Of a DNA stretch of 64,000 bases, positions 63,608 to 64,000 are shown piece by piece. The translations under genes were made by a program, and so were the position numbers. Source of the stretch: a virus (Duplodnaviria > Caudoviricetes); IMG/VR virus record IMGVR_UViG_3300021400_001287, positions 1 to 64,000 of that record. One strand, written 5' to 3'. Numbering within the stretch: position 1 is the first letter of the stretch; each line of letters begins with the position of its first letter. The notes below the pieces were generated by a model. It was not told the origin of the DNA. It worked only from the letters and a program-made list of their open reading frames with translations, and did not search any database.

Positions 63608-64000
63608 ATGGCGGACAATCTGGTATAGGGGAAACTGCGGTTTGATACGTCGTAGATTGATAAACAATTGTCCGACGTCACGGCGAAGCTAAACGAAGTC
63701 AAGAAGATAGCGGCGCAAGCGAAACAAGTTGCCGGTGCGACAAAAACCGCGTCGCGGTCATCTGCCTCCAAGAGTGCGTCAACATCTGCGGACAAAGAGC
63801 AGTTGCGTATTATCAGAGAACTGAAGACATATACAACTGATTTAACAAAAGCGCAACGTGAATATGTCACAGCACTCAAGACGGGCAATGCTGAAAACGT
63901 GAACTATTGGAGCAATGAGACCAATAGAATAAAGGCATCTATCGATGCCCATAAAGAACAGGCGTCTGCGATCGACATGAGCCGCAACAACAGGGCTAAG
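63608..64000 (+). CDS. probable tape measure protein, 5' part (TAGs at codons 7 and 16)
   Basis: GAGGAG RBS; MADNLV*GKLRFDTS*IDKQL.., helical A/K-rich frame open to the window end. Confidence 0.65.

Noticed and set aside
1-64000. Phage release factor or aminoacyl-tRNA synthetase supporting the recoding
   Set aside because: None recognisable in this window; could lie elsewhere in the genome.

Overview
64 kb of a large tailed (siphovirus-like) phage genome, probably temperate and infecting an anaerobic Firmicute (sigmaA promoters, LexA/Cheo boxes, RemA homologue, class III RNR). Transcription diverges from an AT-rich repeat region at ~37.4-39.2 kb. The left arm (minus strand) carries small early genes, a tyrosine recombinase, ERF/SSB/sigma/primase-helicase, a tRNA cluster, DnaE with a 138-aa mini-intein, ThyX, an RNA-repair PNK-ligase, and nrdD split by a group I intron with a GIY-YIG endonuclease, followed by nrdG, a formate channel, a NUDIX gene and RuvC. 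The right arm (plus strand) carries Bro-N and small genes, then terminase, portal, head and tail genes. Main result: TAG is a sense codon here and the evidence points to LEUCINE, not the glutamine known from code-15 phages. I count 23 in-frame TAGs in 17 otherwise intact genes, plus 4 in two small antisense ORFs. Several fall at motif positions where Leu is expected (SFSK*ETYLACP, KP*DEFY, D*DWSEI, N*NG, AR*PQN*, MRK*LLM). Almost no credible gene ends in TAG. A CUA-anticodon tRNA at 50157-50236 has tRNA-Leu hallmarks and shares a 13-nt D-arm sequence with the phage's own tRNA-Leu(CAA). The first TAG is nearly always within the first ~36 codons, and TAGs are concentrated in virion, packaging, nuclease/recombination and membrane-peptide genes, suggesting an amber-Leu translational lock. 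All family assignments are from motif recognition by eye; no database search was run.
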